DNA of 64,000 nucleotides from Escherichia coli (GCF_041886205.1 NZ_CP169029.1), one strand, 5' to 3'; positions 24,561 to 35,883 are shown, counted from the stretch's first letter. Notes: generated by a model from the sequence alone, not told the origin. Numbers and translations: made by a program.

Positions 24561-27500
24561 TCAGAACGACCAGTTCACACCAGCCACCGCATTCCACGGG
24601 GATTCCACACCGGCACCATGGCTATACCCCATCCCGAGATGCCCGCTTAACGTACTGCTGAATGAGGCTTTAATACCTGCCTGGTATATTCCACGTCTGC
24701 CCGACAAATCATTGACAAAATTACCGTCACTATTCACTTTCACCCGATTATCATCGACAAATTCTTTGCGCAAAGCCGCCTTCAGCCAGGGTTCAATTTC
24801 TATACCGTTCCCCAGACGCATGTTGTAACTCAGCGTTGCGCCCAGTTCACGATATATACTGCGGGTATCGACTGATTTCGATTCCATGCCATTGGATAAA
24901 TGATATTCAGGGTTATCAGCGGTGAACCCCGTTAACGATGCATACGGCGTCAGGTTCCAGTTACCATCGGTAAATCGCATCCCGGTTTCAATGTGACCAC
25001 CCAGCCCGTTGCTGCGATAACTGCCGTTGGCGGCTCCACCGCTGCTCATTTTACCGGCTACGTTACTTTCAAAACGGTTCAGCTTCACGACACCGTCCAG
25101 ATAGAAACCACTTTCATGTTCCCAACTGGCATAGCCGCCCAGAGAATAACTGCCCACACAGCCATGTCCTCCGCGATCAAAACCGATATGTGAATGGGAA
25201 TAACCCATAAAAGCGCCCAGCGTGGCAATTCCTTCAGGAATATCATTACGGCTGTCGATCCCCACGGTCATTCCGGTCAGCGTCTGCTCAAACCCGGCAC
25301 CCGCATCGGTGGTGACATTATTACGGGTGTTATACGTCGCCCCCCAGACATTATTGTTGTGTGGACTCGCTTTCATTATGTTCAACCGCTCGCGAATACT
25401 GTTTAGCTCAGCATCAAATACCAACGGTAATGTTGCAGCCATATTGAGTACGGCTGCCGTAGAAGGCGTGATGCGTTTCTCCGGAACGGGTGTCGGCGTT
25501 GGATCGGGAGTCGGGTCTGGATTTGGGTTTGGGTTCGGGTTTGGGTTTGGGTTTGGGTTCGGGTTTGGGTTTGGGTTTGGGTTTGGGTTCGGGTTTGGGT
25601 TCGGGTTCGGGTTCGGGTTCGGGTTCGGATTTGGGTTCGGATTTGGGTTCGGATTTGGGTTTGGGTTTGGGTTTGGGTTTGGGTTTGGGTTGACATTATT
25701 GGTCAGGTTCCAGTTACTGTTACCGTCACTTTTCAGGACATACTCATAGGTCCCAAGATCAACGAAACCGCCAGTATTGCCCAGCGTAAACGAAGCATCC
25801 CCTCCCCCTGTTTTCACCAGCGTCATCGCGTCGTCAGACTGAGGGCTGACGCCGGTATCCTGAACAAAGATTTTAAAATTACCAGTGGCGTTGTTGTTGA
25901 CGACCAGTTGATCGCCCCGGGAGCCTGCAACGTTGGTATGCAGGTAGAAGTTACCGCTGCCGGAAAGTTCATTGGTTGTCAGAGTGTTGTAGATACCGTT
26001 AGTTGTGGCAGGCGCTGATAAATAAACATCACCGTCGTTGAGTAGCAAACTGTTTACTCTATATTCGCAGTTGCTGGTACCTGCACAGGAATTATTGCTG
26101 TTAAGCCAGACACTGCCCCGGCTGGCAGCCGTCAGGTCGGCAAGCGTCGTATCGACGCCATTTCCGATAGTTAATGTCGCGCTATCGGTAATCCGGACCG
26201 CCCCTTCAAGTTTAACTGGCGTAACATTATCCCGTGGCGTCATTAACGACAGGCTTCCTGTCGCGCCACTGACCGATGCATCCGCCAGCGTACCTGCGTA
26301 GACGATTGCCGTCCCGTCAGTGACCTGGAGATCTTCTGCCCGGGCCAGAGCCTGAAACTCATCTTTTGACCGCCCAAGGGTATATTGCCCGCCAGAGTTA
26401 ACCTTTGTGGCGGAGTCCTGACCCAGGTTTTGCATTGCACCACCCTTGCCAACCGTGGAGTCACGGGCTTCGGTACCTGCTAATACCAATAAATTACCGC
26501 CATTTTCCAGCAACACATTGGTCGCTAAATTGCCGGCAATGGAAAAGGTACCGTACTGGTGAGTACCGCTGATTTCAATACCGTTAGCCGTGCTCGTCTG
26601 GAGAGCGGCACCGCTGTTCTGGACGATATCTGTCGCTTTGCCATTATCGTTGACTGTCAGCGTACCGCCTTCATTGATCGTTGTTTTTATTGCCTCACCG
26701 TTAGCCGAAACTGTTTGTATTCCGCCGTCGTTAATCGTTGTCTCATTCGCCACACCCTCGACGATTTGTTCGCCACCAGTGAGCGCCGAGCCTGTCGCAG
26801 TGGCTTTTGTTTTGACGATCTCCCGTCCGCCCGTATTGACCTGTGTTTTGGCGGAAGTGGTGTCTGACTCCACGGTTAACACGCCGCCATTTGCCAGCAG
26901 GATATTGTTCGCCGCACCCTGCTCGATGCTGAACGCGACGCCATCAGCGCGTGTCCCTGTGACCCGCGTCGCCCTGGTGGTTGCAACCAACGCGCCCTGA
27001 CTACTCTGCTGTATCCCCGTTGCGCTGCCTTTCTCCCGCACATCGAGTGTGCCGCCATTGTTAAGTCTGGTGGTATATGCTACGGCCTCCTCGTGGACAA
27101 TCATCTTACCGCCAGCATCAACGATGGTATCTACCGCCGAGGTTTGAGCTACAACCGTCAGTTCGCCGGTATTTTCCAGCACAACATGCTCAGCCCTGCC
27201 TCCGGTAATAGTGAAGTGAGAGGACCTCTGGTATCCGTCAATATCAGTCCCCGCGCCCGTGTTGGCAACTAAAGCGCTCCCCGTGTCCAGGTAAACCCCA
27301 TGTGCGATACCGCCGGTATCGACAATCAGCGTGCCTCCGGCGCGAATATTGCTGCCAGTTGCCGTACCTCCTTTCTCAACAACCTGCTTGCTCCCGGAAG
27401 CGATATTTGTTGTGTCAGCTTTCCCGCCGCTCTTGATATTTTGCGTGCCACTGTTGATATTTGTTCCCGTAGCAATACCATGATTATAAATATTCTGTGT

Positions 27501-27977
27501 ACCGCCATTAATTATGGTATTAGTCGCGCTCCCGGCAACATCCATGGCCCCGCCGTTATCTATTCGGGTCGCATCAGCTTTAGCATTCGTTAAAACTGAC
27601 ATTGTTCCTTTATCGTTAATTATCGTCCCTGTAGAAATTCCTCCCTCACTAATTGTCTGGCTGCCACCGTTAATGACTGTATTATTAGCCTGCCCCTGAT
27701 AAGAGCCATGACCAGATACCTCTTGATGTCCACCAGTATCAATAATACTTCCATTAGAAATCCCGCCATATACCTCCTGATTGCCGTGATTGATGATATG
27801 AGCGTTATTTGTTGTACCTCGTTCATCTACTCTTTGGCTGCCGTCTACAGTCTCATCATTTACAACGCCAATAACATTAGAAGTGAAGGCCGTCATCCCA
27901 GGCGGGGCATATATCATGGCAGATATCAATAAGGAAAGTGCTGAGCGGTGAAAATAATAGCGACTGATTCTGTTCAT
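24561..27977 (-). CDS. AIDA/Ag43-type autotransporter adhesin, about 1,138 aa, apparently intact (position corresponds to the K-12 ycgI autotransporter pseudogene); contains a ~36x Asn-Pro linker
   Basis: ORF 24561..28106; start set at ATG 27977 (MNRISRYYFHRSALSLLISAMIYA signal, SD GAGGA 8 nt upstream); repetitive passenger (GxxIxxGGxQxV units); C-terminal beta-barrel ending ...VNWSF. Confidence 0.8.
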   Translation of the reverse strand: MNRISRYYFHRSALSLLISAMIYAPPGMTAFTSNVIGVVNDETVDGSQRVDERGTTNNAHIINHGNQEVYGGISNGSIIDTGGHQEVSGHGSYQGQANNTVINGGSQTISEGGISTGTIINDKGTMSVLTNAKADATRIDNGGAMDVAGSATNTIINGGTQNIYNHGIATGTNINSGTQNIKSGGKADTTNIASGSKQVVEKGGTATGSNIRAGGTLIVDTGGIAHGVYLDTGSALVANTGAGTDIDGYQRSSHFTITGGRAEHVVLENTGELTVVAQTSAVDTIVDAGGKMIVHEEAVAYTTRLNNGGTLDVREKGSATGIQQSSQGALVATTRATRVTGTRADGVAFSIEQGAANNILLANGGVLTVESDTTSAKTQVNTGGREIVKTKATATGSALTGGEQIVEGVANETTINDGGIQTVSANGEAIKTTINEGGTLTVNDNGKATDIVQNSGAALQTSTANGIEISGTHQYGTFSIAGNLATNVLLENGGNLLVLAGTEARDSTVGKGGAMQNLGQDSATKVNSGGQYTLGRSKDEFQALARAEDLQVTDGTAIVYAGTLADASVSGATGSLSLMTPRDNVTPVKLEGAVRITDSATLTIGNGVDTTLADLTAASRGSVWLNSNNSCAGTSNCEYRVNSLLLNDGDVYLSAPATTNGIYNTLTTNELSGSGNFYLHTNVAGSRGDQLVVNNNATGNFKIFVQDTGVSPQSDDAMTLVKTGGGDASFTLGNTGGFVDLGTYEYVLKSDGNSNWNLTNNVNPNPNPNPNPNPNPNPNPNPNPNPNPNPNPNPNPNPNPNPNPNPNPNPNPNPNPNPNPDPTPDPTPTPVPEKRITPSTAAVLNMAATLPLVFDAELNSIRERLNIMKASPHNNNVWGATYNTRNNVTTDAGAGFEQTLTGMTVGIDSRNDIPEGIATLGAFMGYSHSHIGFDRGGHGCVGSYSLGGYASWEHESGFYLDGVVKLNRFESNVAGKMSSGGAANGSYRSNGLGGHIETGMRFTDGNWNLTPYASLTGFTADNPEYHLSNGMESKSVDTRSIYRELGATLSYNMRLGNGIEIEPWLKAALRKEFVDDNRVKVNSDGNFVNDLSGRRGIYQAGIKASFSSTLSGHLGMGYSHGAGVESPWNAVAGVNWSF
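25489..25690. repeat. Hexanucleotide tandem repeat (GGGTTT/GGGTTC/GGATTT on plus strand, about 34 units) encoding the (NP)n linker of the autotransporter
   Basis: Read directly; in-frame 6-bp units; plus strand has G3-N3-G3-N3-G3-N3-G3 runs. Confidence 0.9.
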
Positions 27978-28582
27978 AAATTTCATCCTCTGAAAAATGA
28001 ATACTGAGTAGCGTCTAAGTGACCTTAGCTCGGCTGCAACATCAGCCCGCAGGCACCAGACCAGGGGATTCATCCTGAAGAGACAGCGCAGGTGTATTGT
28101 GTTCACCGCTCACCAAAGACATCATGATGAAATGATGATATCCCGCATAAGAAAGAGGCATTTTTTAAACGCAGTGCGCTGAAGTGTAGTTGGATAAAAA
28201 ATCACTCTTTTCAGATAATACTGTCGTACGCTTATCTTTCGACAATGAGGCCGTCGGCAAAATAAAATGACTAATGTAATCGTTGCTGATGAATATCTTC
28301 TGCTCACATAAAAATCACACAATAATATTGATAAATCAGATTATCTTACCTTTACAACATTGCGTTAACAGTCAATGACACTTCTTGAATAAAAATATTG
28401 CCAATCAATGAGTTATTCCTCATTTAAGATTATTCTCATTCACGTAAAAAACATAATTCCTATCATCACAGCCACGCTCATTTTGAATTATCTGAATAAT
28501 AGCGAGCGTTCTTTAGTTAAGCAGATCTTAATTGAAGACGAAATTATTGTGTGTGCAACTTACTTAATACCGGACATCTAAG

Positions 28583-28927
28583 TTGAAGAAAAAAATACTT
28601 GCCTTCGGGCTTATCTCAGCATTGTTCTGCTCCACGCCAGCGATGGCGGATATGAATCGCACCACGAAAGGTGCATTGCTAGGCGCAGGCGTTGGTTTAC
28701 TTACTGGCAATGGTGTTAATGGCGTACTGAAAGGTGCAGCTGTTGGCGCTGGTGTTGGTGCAGTAACAGAAAAAGGCCGCGACGGTAAAAATGCGCGTAA
28801 AGGTGCAAAAGTAGGTGCCGCCGTTGGTGCTGTCACTGGCGTTCTGACCGGCAATGGCCTCGAAGGGGCGATTAAAGGTGCCGTGATTGGCGGTACGGGT
28901 GGTGCAATTCTGGGTAAAATGAAATAA
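28583..28927 (+). CDS. ymgG: Gly-rich (glycine-zipper) secreted protein YmgG, 114 aa, TTG start
   Basis: Translation recognised ([27 protein letters not shown] repeats). Confidence 0.8.
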
Positions 28928-28936
28928 GGAATGATG

Positions 28937-29266
28937 ATGAAAAAATTTGCTTTACTGGCAGGTCTGTTTGTTTTCGCACCAATGACCTGGGCGCAGGACT
29001 ACAATATTAAAAACGGTTTGCCGTCAGAAACCTATATTACTTGCGCAGAAGCCAACGAAATGGCAAAAACTGACAGCGCACAGGTTGCAGAAATTGTTGC
29101 GGTAATGGGTAATGCCAGCGTTGCCAGCCGTGATTTAAAAATTGAGCAATCTCCGGAACTGAGCGCCAAAGTGGTAGAAAAACTGAATCAGGTTTGCGCT
29201 AAAGACCCGCAAATGCTGTTGATCACGGCAATTGATGACACCATGCGTGCTATCGGCAAAAAATAA
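28937..29266 (+). CDS. ymgD: Periplasmic protein YmgD, 109 aa
   Basis: Translation recognised (MKKFALLAGLFVFAPMTWA...); co-oriented and adjacent to ymgG. Confidence 0.8.
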   Translation: MKKFALLAGLFVFAPMTWAQDYNIKNGLPSETYITCAEANEMAKTDSAQVAEIVAVMGNASVASRDLKIEQSPELSAKVVEKLNQVCAKDPQMLLITAIDDTMRAIGKK

Positions 29267-29323
29267 TATTTCATATGTTACCGCGTCGATGAATTCGACG
29301 CGGTATTTTAGCTAACGGCGGGA

Positions 29324-31442
29324 TCAGAACTTATATTTCAGGCCCACCATCACTGCGGTGTCATTATAGCCATTATCACCCAACTGCACGCCCACATTAC
29401 CCCAGACGCTGGCCGCTGGATTCAGATTGCCATTTACGCCAAGTTTAATTTCCCCCAAATTACGCGCCCCGTCTTGTTCGACTTTCACACCGTTCATTGA
29501 GACAGCAAAATCTTTACTGTTATGGATCCAGTTCATTTCAACAAAAGGTTCAAAGTCGTCACCGTGCGGACCGCTGTTTTTCTCCTGAGTACGAATAAAG
29601 GTGCGGAAACCAAGTCGGGTCTGGATGTTGTTATTTGCGTCATTCTCAATACGTGAGCCATTGGCTTCGGTGTGCGCATTATGATCGACGCCCATCCAGA
29701 TAGCCTGTGCCTGTGGCTGGAAGTTCCACGTATATTTCGCCGCTTCCAGACCAAAGGATTTATTCAGGGCAAAGCCGTAGCCCGCTTCCAGCGAGACGGT
29801 TGCGCCTTTCGCGCTATAGGATTCATAGGCTAATTCATCCCCTTTCACCGAGTTTTTAAACCAGCTATATTGCGCCCAGGCGTCAATGTATGCGCCTTTT
29901 TTACTGATGTCATCGGCAAACCAGGTGGCATACAGCCCTGCGCTATAGCCTCTGACACTCCCTTTCGAACGATAATCCGACACGCTGGAATGTGTTGAGT
30001 TGTAGTCGCGGGCATAACCAGCCATCACTCCCAAACGCCAACTGTCACTGTCGGTAAAACCACCGGTTAACAGATCGGCCCCTAACTGCGAGACGTAGCG
30101 ATGCGAGGTCGTTCTCAACTGTCCGTTGCTGTCACGCCAGGCATTATGCCCGCCAATTTGACGTAGCCAAAGTCGGCTTGAACGCTCCTGTTCAGTTACA
30201 GGATCGATATAGCGCGTTTCACCTGCACGATCGTTCAGACGCATAACAAAAAGAGTGTTAGCGGCTGCCAGGTTGGCGACGTAACTTCCAGCTTCGGCGC
30301 GCAGGACGGGGGTAGGCGTTTCTGTTGATTCTGAATTTCCCTCTGAGCTGTTATCCTCCTCATTCACTGACTGATAACTTGTCAAATACCAGTTTTTGCC
30401 TTGTTGTTTTAGTTGATATTCGAAAGCTCCAGCTGCAATCCTTGCATCACCTTGTCTGAAGGCATCTGCTGGAGATTCATTGCCATTCACAGTTATGAGT
30501 TCGATCCCGTTTAGCGTGGCCGCGCCGCTTCCTCCAGCATTTTTCACATAGACGGTAGTTGAACCCGAAGTATTACCCTCCACAATAAGTCTATCCGTAG
30601 CCGATTTATCATCACCTAATACGGTGCGGATATTAAGCTGACCATTATTACCGACATAATTACCTTTTACGGTTAACGTTTTTCCCTGGGTAAATGTTTG
30701 ACCATCATCATACGAAAGATTGATAATACTGTCTGAATTGGTCAGATGGGTAACAACGGAGTCATCTTTCATATTCCAGATTGTGTTTTCTGAAAGCTTC
30801 AGAATCACTAACTTCATCATCTACAGCATCGACACATGTTCGAGACTCTCCAGGACTTGAACATGCAAGAACACCTACTGCATTTTCCCCAGAGGTAACA
30901 ATGATCGTTTTATCTGTGGTTTCAAGACGGGTGTTATTTTCCACATTTTCAGAATCATTAACCTGACTTAAAAGTCCCGCTGAATATGCCCCCCTCGTCT
31001 CGACTGAATTATCACCATTCATAAAGATGGTGCCACCAAATTCACTGACTACTGCACTGGCTGTTATCCCTCCATTAACATCTTGGTTATTTTCTTTGTC
31101 ATGCACGCTTCCAGAGGTCTTAATCTTACTATTGCTTATATGTAATGCTTTGTTTTGACTATCAACAGAAATACCATAAGATCCATCACCACTAGTCATC
31201 ACACTGGCATTATTTATATATTTAGTTACACCGTCATCCACTATCACAGCATGGCTTTTGTCTTGAGTGGTTAGATACTCTTCATTACTTATTAAAGTAT
31301 TATCTTTGATTTGAATCGGCGATTCTTCATCGGTTATATAGGAAATTATACTATAATTATCCAACAATTGTGTTGCATATGCATTACCCACCGCCAGAGC
31401 AATAAGTCCTAAACTAAACCCGGGGAGTTTTTTCAGTTTCAT
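29324..31442 (-). pseudogene. ycgH: Autotransporter gene split by a frameshift into two overlapping ORFs (ycgH-type pseudogene)
   Basis: ORF 30762..31442 (signal peptide MKLKKLPGFSLGLIALAVGNAYA plus passenger start) and ORF 29324..30820 (passenger plus beta-barrel ending ...GLKYKF) overlap in different frames. Confidence 0.75.
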
Positions 31443-31841
31443 AGATTAACCATCCATTCATTGGATTAACAAACATTCCTGGTCAAATAACCTATGAGTT
31501 CAGATTACCAAAACGGAGGGTAAAGACAAAAACAAAAGCACAAAAAATTTAAATAGATAAACAGCGACAATATATAAATGATAAATAAGTCGGCATTATC
31601 ATTTTTCACCTTATTTTCATGACATTGATCACTTTGAGGTGACGATTTTGTTTAACAAATAACTCTTCGACATCACAATCATTGATAGTTGCCATGGGAA
31701 TTATTTCAATGATATATAAAAACAACTGTGATAACACCAGGGTTGACAACTATTTGCGCAATAATTCCTTTCCTTCAATGATCCAGGCGTTCACTGCCAA
31801 CAACCCATTCAGCCGCATACTGACAGTGAGAAACTGAAAGA

Positions 31842-32060
31842 TTATTGCTGATCCCTGTGGCTGACGAGTCTTTCTCTTAATCGATTAACCAGATTGATCG
31901 CCAGCCAAACAAGGGCATTAAGCAAATTTATCGTCACAAGCACTTCTCCCAGCCCGGTACTGGGTTTTGCAATAAGGATGACCAGGAGGGTGATCAGCAT
32001 AAATGCAATGGAAAAGATGATATAGAGAGTGAAATAATCCAGATTATTACTATTGTTCAT
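31842..32060 (-). CDS. ymgF: Inner membrane protein YmgF (divisome-associated), 72 aa
   Basis: Translation MNNSNNLDYFTLYIIFSIAFMLITLLVILIAKP... recognised; two TM helices. Confidence 0.7.
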   Translation of the reverse strand: MNNSNNLDYFTLYIIFSIAFMLITLLVILIAKPSTGLGEVLVTINLLNALVWLAINLVNRLRERLVSHRDQQ

Positions 32061-32191
32061 GCTACTAATGGCAATCCTGTCAAAACTTTCAAACAATTAT
32101 AGCAAACAAAATAATGAACAATAGTAACAAGAGGCAACGAGCTAATTAGCTGTCTATAATTACACCGCACTATGGCCTTACTGATCGATTT

Positions 32192-33715
32192 TCACTCAAC
32201 CACAACCTTCACCTTCGGTTTAGAAAGGATAATTTTGACCAGGTCGATGTATGTAACAGGTTTATAGAAATAATAACCCTGCTGAAATGTGATATTATTT
32301 TGGTTCAGATAGTCAAGTTGTTCTTTCGTTTCGACACCTTCAGCGACGATACTGATCGAAAGTTTACGCGCCAGATCCAATACACAATCCAGAATTCGGG
32401 TTGATTCTGGGTCTGCGTTTACGCGGCCAACGAAACTGTGATCAATTTTGATATAATCAATATGCAGGTCATGAAGATAAGAAAGCCCTGAGTAGCCAGT
32501 ACCGAAATCATCCAGCGCGATGACAAAACCATTTTCATGCAGAATGTTCAACCGCTGAACCAGACTTTCATCAACATTCAATGGCTCACGCTCGGTGACT
32601 TCCAGAACAAGGTTTAAATCGCGGCGGGTAAAACTGTCACGGAAATTTAAACACTCGTCGACAAACGTCGGCGAAATAATATGCGAAGCGCTAAAATTAA
32701 TTCCAATATGAAAACCTTCCGGCAGTTTACTCGCGATAGCGTTCATCTGTCTGGCAACCTGATTCATCAGGCTTTGTGTAAGCGGAACGATTAATCCGGA
32801 TTTTTCAGCAAGTGGAATAAATGCCGCGGGTGAAATATATCCACCGTGAGGTTGTTTCCAGCGGGCTAACACCTCAACTCCCCGCAATGTCCCTTCCCGA
32901 CCATTTACCACAGGTTGGTAAAAAGGGACGATCTCCCCATTATTTATTGCCCGTCGCAGGATCTCTTCAGGCGTTGCGCTTTTATTGAAATACCTATCAA
33001 GCAGGAAAGCAGCGGCGCAGGCGATTAACAGAATAAATATCAAAATCCCAAAGCCTTTATCGATAAGTCTGTAGAAGCTAAAGAGTGGCGGCGGGTTAAA
33101 GATAATAGTGAAATGATATTTTGTGGAGTGAACCTTCTCGGTATAGGGATAATGTCCATTAAGTGTCATCACATCACCCGTAGGCCCAATAATGTCATCC
33201 GCCACGCGTAATACATACCTTACCCCTTTCAAGGGTACATTAAGCGCCCCACGAATATGCTGATCGCTTATCGTAACCAAAATGCGCGTATCTGCAAATT
33301 GGTTCTGATAGAGCAGGATAGGTAATCTATTAACGGTGTCGATTGCTGGAGCCAACAGTAAATTACTGTCCGGGACAACAGGAATACGAGACAACAGGAC
33401 CCGATTCCCAGGCAGGGATGTACACCAGACTATTCCCTGTTTGAGAATGATGATTGTGCGCAGGTGAGGTTTCAGAGCTGCTTCAGTGCCAAGCTGATAT
33501 TGCTCCTCGAGGTCGCATTCCTTCCCGGCAATGTTAACCGCTGTTTGAGTCGCCTGTGACGCTTCTTCAAGTATATGATTGATATTGTTGGCGGCATATC
33601 TCGCTCCCGACAGGTACTCTGCTTTTGCGGAATACCAGAGCTGGATGTTCAAAATAGCGACACCGGTTATAAATAAGCATATCGCAACGAGGATGGGTAT
33701 GAGTGTATTGCGCAT
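32192..33715 (-). CDS. pdeG: Membrane-anchored EAL-domain c-di-GMP phosphodiesterase PdeG (YcgG), 507 aa
   Basis: Translation recognised; EAL-domain motifs in the C-terminal half; start trimmed to MRNTLIPILV. Confidence 0.85.
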   Translation of the reverse strand: MRNTLIPILVAICLFITGVAILNIQLWYSAKAEYLSGARYAANNINHILEEASQATQTAVNIAGKECDLEEQYQLGTEAALKPHLRTIIILKQGIVWCTSLPGNRVLLSRIPVVPDSNLLLAPAIDTVNRLPILLYQNQFADTRILVTISDQHIRGALNVPLKGVRYVLRVADDIIGPTGDVMTLNGHYPYTEKVHSTKYHFTIIFNPPPLFSFYRLIDKGFGILIFILLIACAAAFLLDRYFNKSATPEEILRRAINNGEIVPFYQPVVNGREGTLRGVEVLARWKQPHGGYISPAAFIPLAEKSGLIVPLTQSLMNQVARQMNAIASKLPEGFHIGINFSASHIISPTFVDECLNFRDSFTRRDLNLVLEVTEREPLNVDESLVQRLNILHENGFVIALDDFGTGYSGLSYLHDLHIDYIKIDHSFVGRVNADPESTRILDCVLDLARKLSISIVAEGVETKEQLDYLNQNNITFQQGYYFYKPVTYIDLVKIILSKPKVKVVVE

Positions 33716-34046
33716 TTGCTTGTCCCGGCCAAAGGGTTTAATACATGAAAATGCCATTCATTCGCTCGCGCTGGCATCTACAGAGAGCATGGTAGAGAGC
33801 ATAGGAAATATCCACGCCGAAGATAAAATTTTCTCCATCTTGATCTAACCCATTAATTATTGAGCATAATGTAGGCAGGATTAAATAAATTAGGTGGGAT
33901 ATCAGGCATCAAGAATGGAGAGCGAGAACTCTCCATTCTTGACACCTGATATTGCGGACATAATAAGAAAGCATAACGCCTGAAATGCTCACTTTGCATC
34001 AGCATGGTGATACAGCTGATGTTTATTCTAAAACCTTACTCAAGTT

Positions 34047-34295
34047 CTAAGAGAGCACGGATTCCCTGTCATTAATAATGATATCCGTTAGTGTAGTCTT
34101 ATGCATTTCAATGTACTGCAATATTTGCAGATAGAGATCAGAAAGAATCACACTGGTTTCATCTTTTAAACGCAAGCGTAAAGCCTGATCAATAATATGA
34201 CTATCAACATACCCATGCGTCATGAACACCTCCCTCTCGAGATTTTTAAACAAAGCACATTGAAAAATAAATCTCTCTGGGATTGAATTATTCAT
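34047..34295 (-). CDS. ymgC: Protein YmgC, 82 aa
   Basis: Synteny (last gene of ycgZ-ymgA-ariR-ymgC) and translation. Confidence 0.8.
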   Translation of the reverse strand: MNNSIPERFIFQCALFKNLEREVFMTHGYVDSHIIDQALRLRLKDETSVILSDLYLQILQYIEMHKTTLTDIIINDRESVLS

Positions 34296-34407
34296 GTCAG
34301 CCTCGTAGAAATATTAACCCAATAAAATTATGCTGTGTATAGTCTAAAGCGACAGACAAAAATAAGATGAATGAGTTTTCTATAAACTTATACTTAATAA
34401 TTAGAAG

Positions 34408-34674
34408 TTACATATCATCAGCTGTGTATCGCAACACGATTTCCAGTGTTTTTCTAATCACATCAGCTTTGAGAATATCACTTGTTGTTTCCAGGGAGTG
34501 TATCAGACTTAAGATAATATTTTTATTATTAACATTATCGCCTGAAAGCATTAAATTGGTGACAGCCTGCCCTAACACAGCTGACTCTTCTTCTAACAAA
34601 TTACCCGAACTGCGAAAGTAACTTGCTAACGCTTTATCAGTTATTGCATTATGAATTGTAGTATCTTCAAGCAT
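34408..34674 (-). CDS. ariR: Regulator of acid resistance / biofilm modulator AriR (YmgB), 88 aa
   Basis: Translation [61 protein letters not shown]... recognised. Confidence 0.85.
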
Positions 34675-34702
34675 GGTAACCTCTCATCTTACTTATGAAA
34701 TT

Positions 34703-34975
34703 TTAATGTATTCTGTTTATTTTCTTACCATTGAACATACTTTTATTGTCAGCTGTCGCTGTTCTTCGGTTTAGCCCTCCTGAATCACTATTGCTAAAAT
34801 CACGAATTATGCTGTCGATTAAATCGCGTCGGAAAGCATCTTCCTCAGCCGATTTCATTACGAGTAATTGCTTAATAAGAGTCTGCAATGAAAAATTTAT
34901 CTTCATGCGCAGTATCTGGAGCACCGCCTGGCCAGTAATTTCATATTTTATACGTTCATTATCAGATGTCTTCAT
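34703..34975 (-). CDS. ymgA: Connector protein YmgA, 90 aa
   Basis: Translation and synteny. Confidence 0.8.
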   Translation of the reverse strand: MKTSDNERIKYEITGQAVLQILRMKINFSLQTLIKQLLVMKSAEEDAFRRDLIDSIIRDFSNSDSGGLNRRTATADNKSMFNGKKINRIH

Positions 34976-35017
34976 AACGACTTCATAGCTAACCTGTTAA
35001 ATAATCAGGCTGTTGCA

Positions 35018-35248
35018 TTATTCAAAAAGCAACCCAATTAGTGCATTATAATGTTTCTGTTCCCCTGTCGCTTGTTCCAGTCGGCATAGAAGTTTGGCAC
35101 AAAGCGACTTTCGACTCAGATTACGTCCATCTTTCAAAATCTCAGTCACAATTTCCCCGAGAGTTTCCTGCTGAGTAGGCAAGTTAGCTTTTGCAAAGTA
35201 ACGAGTGATTGCTCCCGCAGAATCTAAAGTCACTGAATTTTGATGCAT
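35018..35248 (-). CDS. ycgZ: Connector protein YcgZ, 76 aa
   Basis: Translation and synteny; divergent from bluF. Confidence 0.8.
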   Translation of the reverse strand: MHQNSVTLDSAGAITRYFAKANLPTQQETLGEIVTEILKDGRNLSRKSLCAKLLCRLEQATGEQKHYNALIGLLFE

Positions 35249-35883
35249 GCTACGCCTCTGTTAAAAATGTTAATCAATGTTAAGTGAGGTAACAATAGCA
35301 AACTTGTACGAAATATGTGTACAGAATGATAAATTAATTTTTTGCATTTAGTGCTAATACATACAAAACAACAAGTTATGATAAAAATTATTGCATCATT
35401 TAAATGACAACCTATACAAAAATTTTCGCCAACTCATCTTTAACTTTTTCCATTTTTTATCAATGTAAAGAAACAGTTATGTTTTGGTATTAAAAGAAAG
35501 ACACCGGAAGATATGTCTGTTACCGTCTTACTCTCACCTCTCCCATTACCCTGGACAGTTAATGCTTACCACCCTTATTTATCGTAGCCATATACGTGAC
35601 GACGAACCTGTCAAAAAAATCGAAGAAATGGTTTCGATAGCAAATCGCAGGAACATGCAGTGTGACGTAACAGGGATCTTACTGTTTAATGGTTCTCATT
35701 TTTTCCAGCTTCTGGAAGGTCCGGAAGAACAGGTTAAAATGATATATCGGGCTATATGTCAGGATCCACGGCACTATAATATTGTTGAACTGCTGTGCGA
35801 TTACGCGCCTGCTCGCCGTTTTGGCAAAGCGGGAATGGAATTATTTGATTTGCGCTTGCACGAGCGAGATGACGTTTTACAGG

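Noticed and set aside
24414-24578. 54-codon plus-strand ORF between minE and the autotransporter
   Set aside because: Its ATG directly abuts GGGAG (no spacing), and it runs through a terminator hairpin and the 3' end of the convergent autotransporter gene.
25489-25690. Possible CRISPR array
   Set aside because: The units are 6 bp, contiguous, with no spacers and no cas genes; it is a coding microsatellite.
25222-25749. Plus-strand ORFs with long GFGFGF, GLGLGS and minus-strand TQTQTQ repeats (25222..25749, 25403..25696, 25490..25693)
   Set aside because: They are alternative-frame readings of the same hexanucleotide repeat that encodes the (NP)n linker of the autotransporter; pure low-complexity with no independent start signals.
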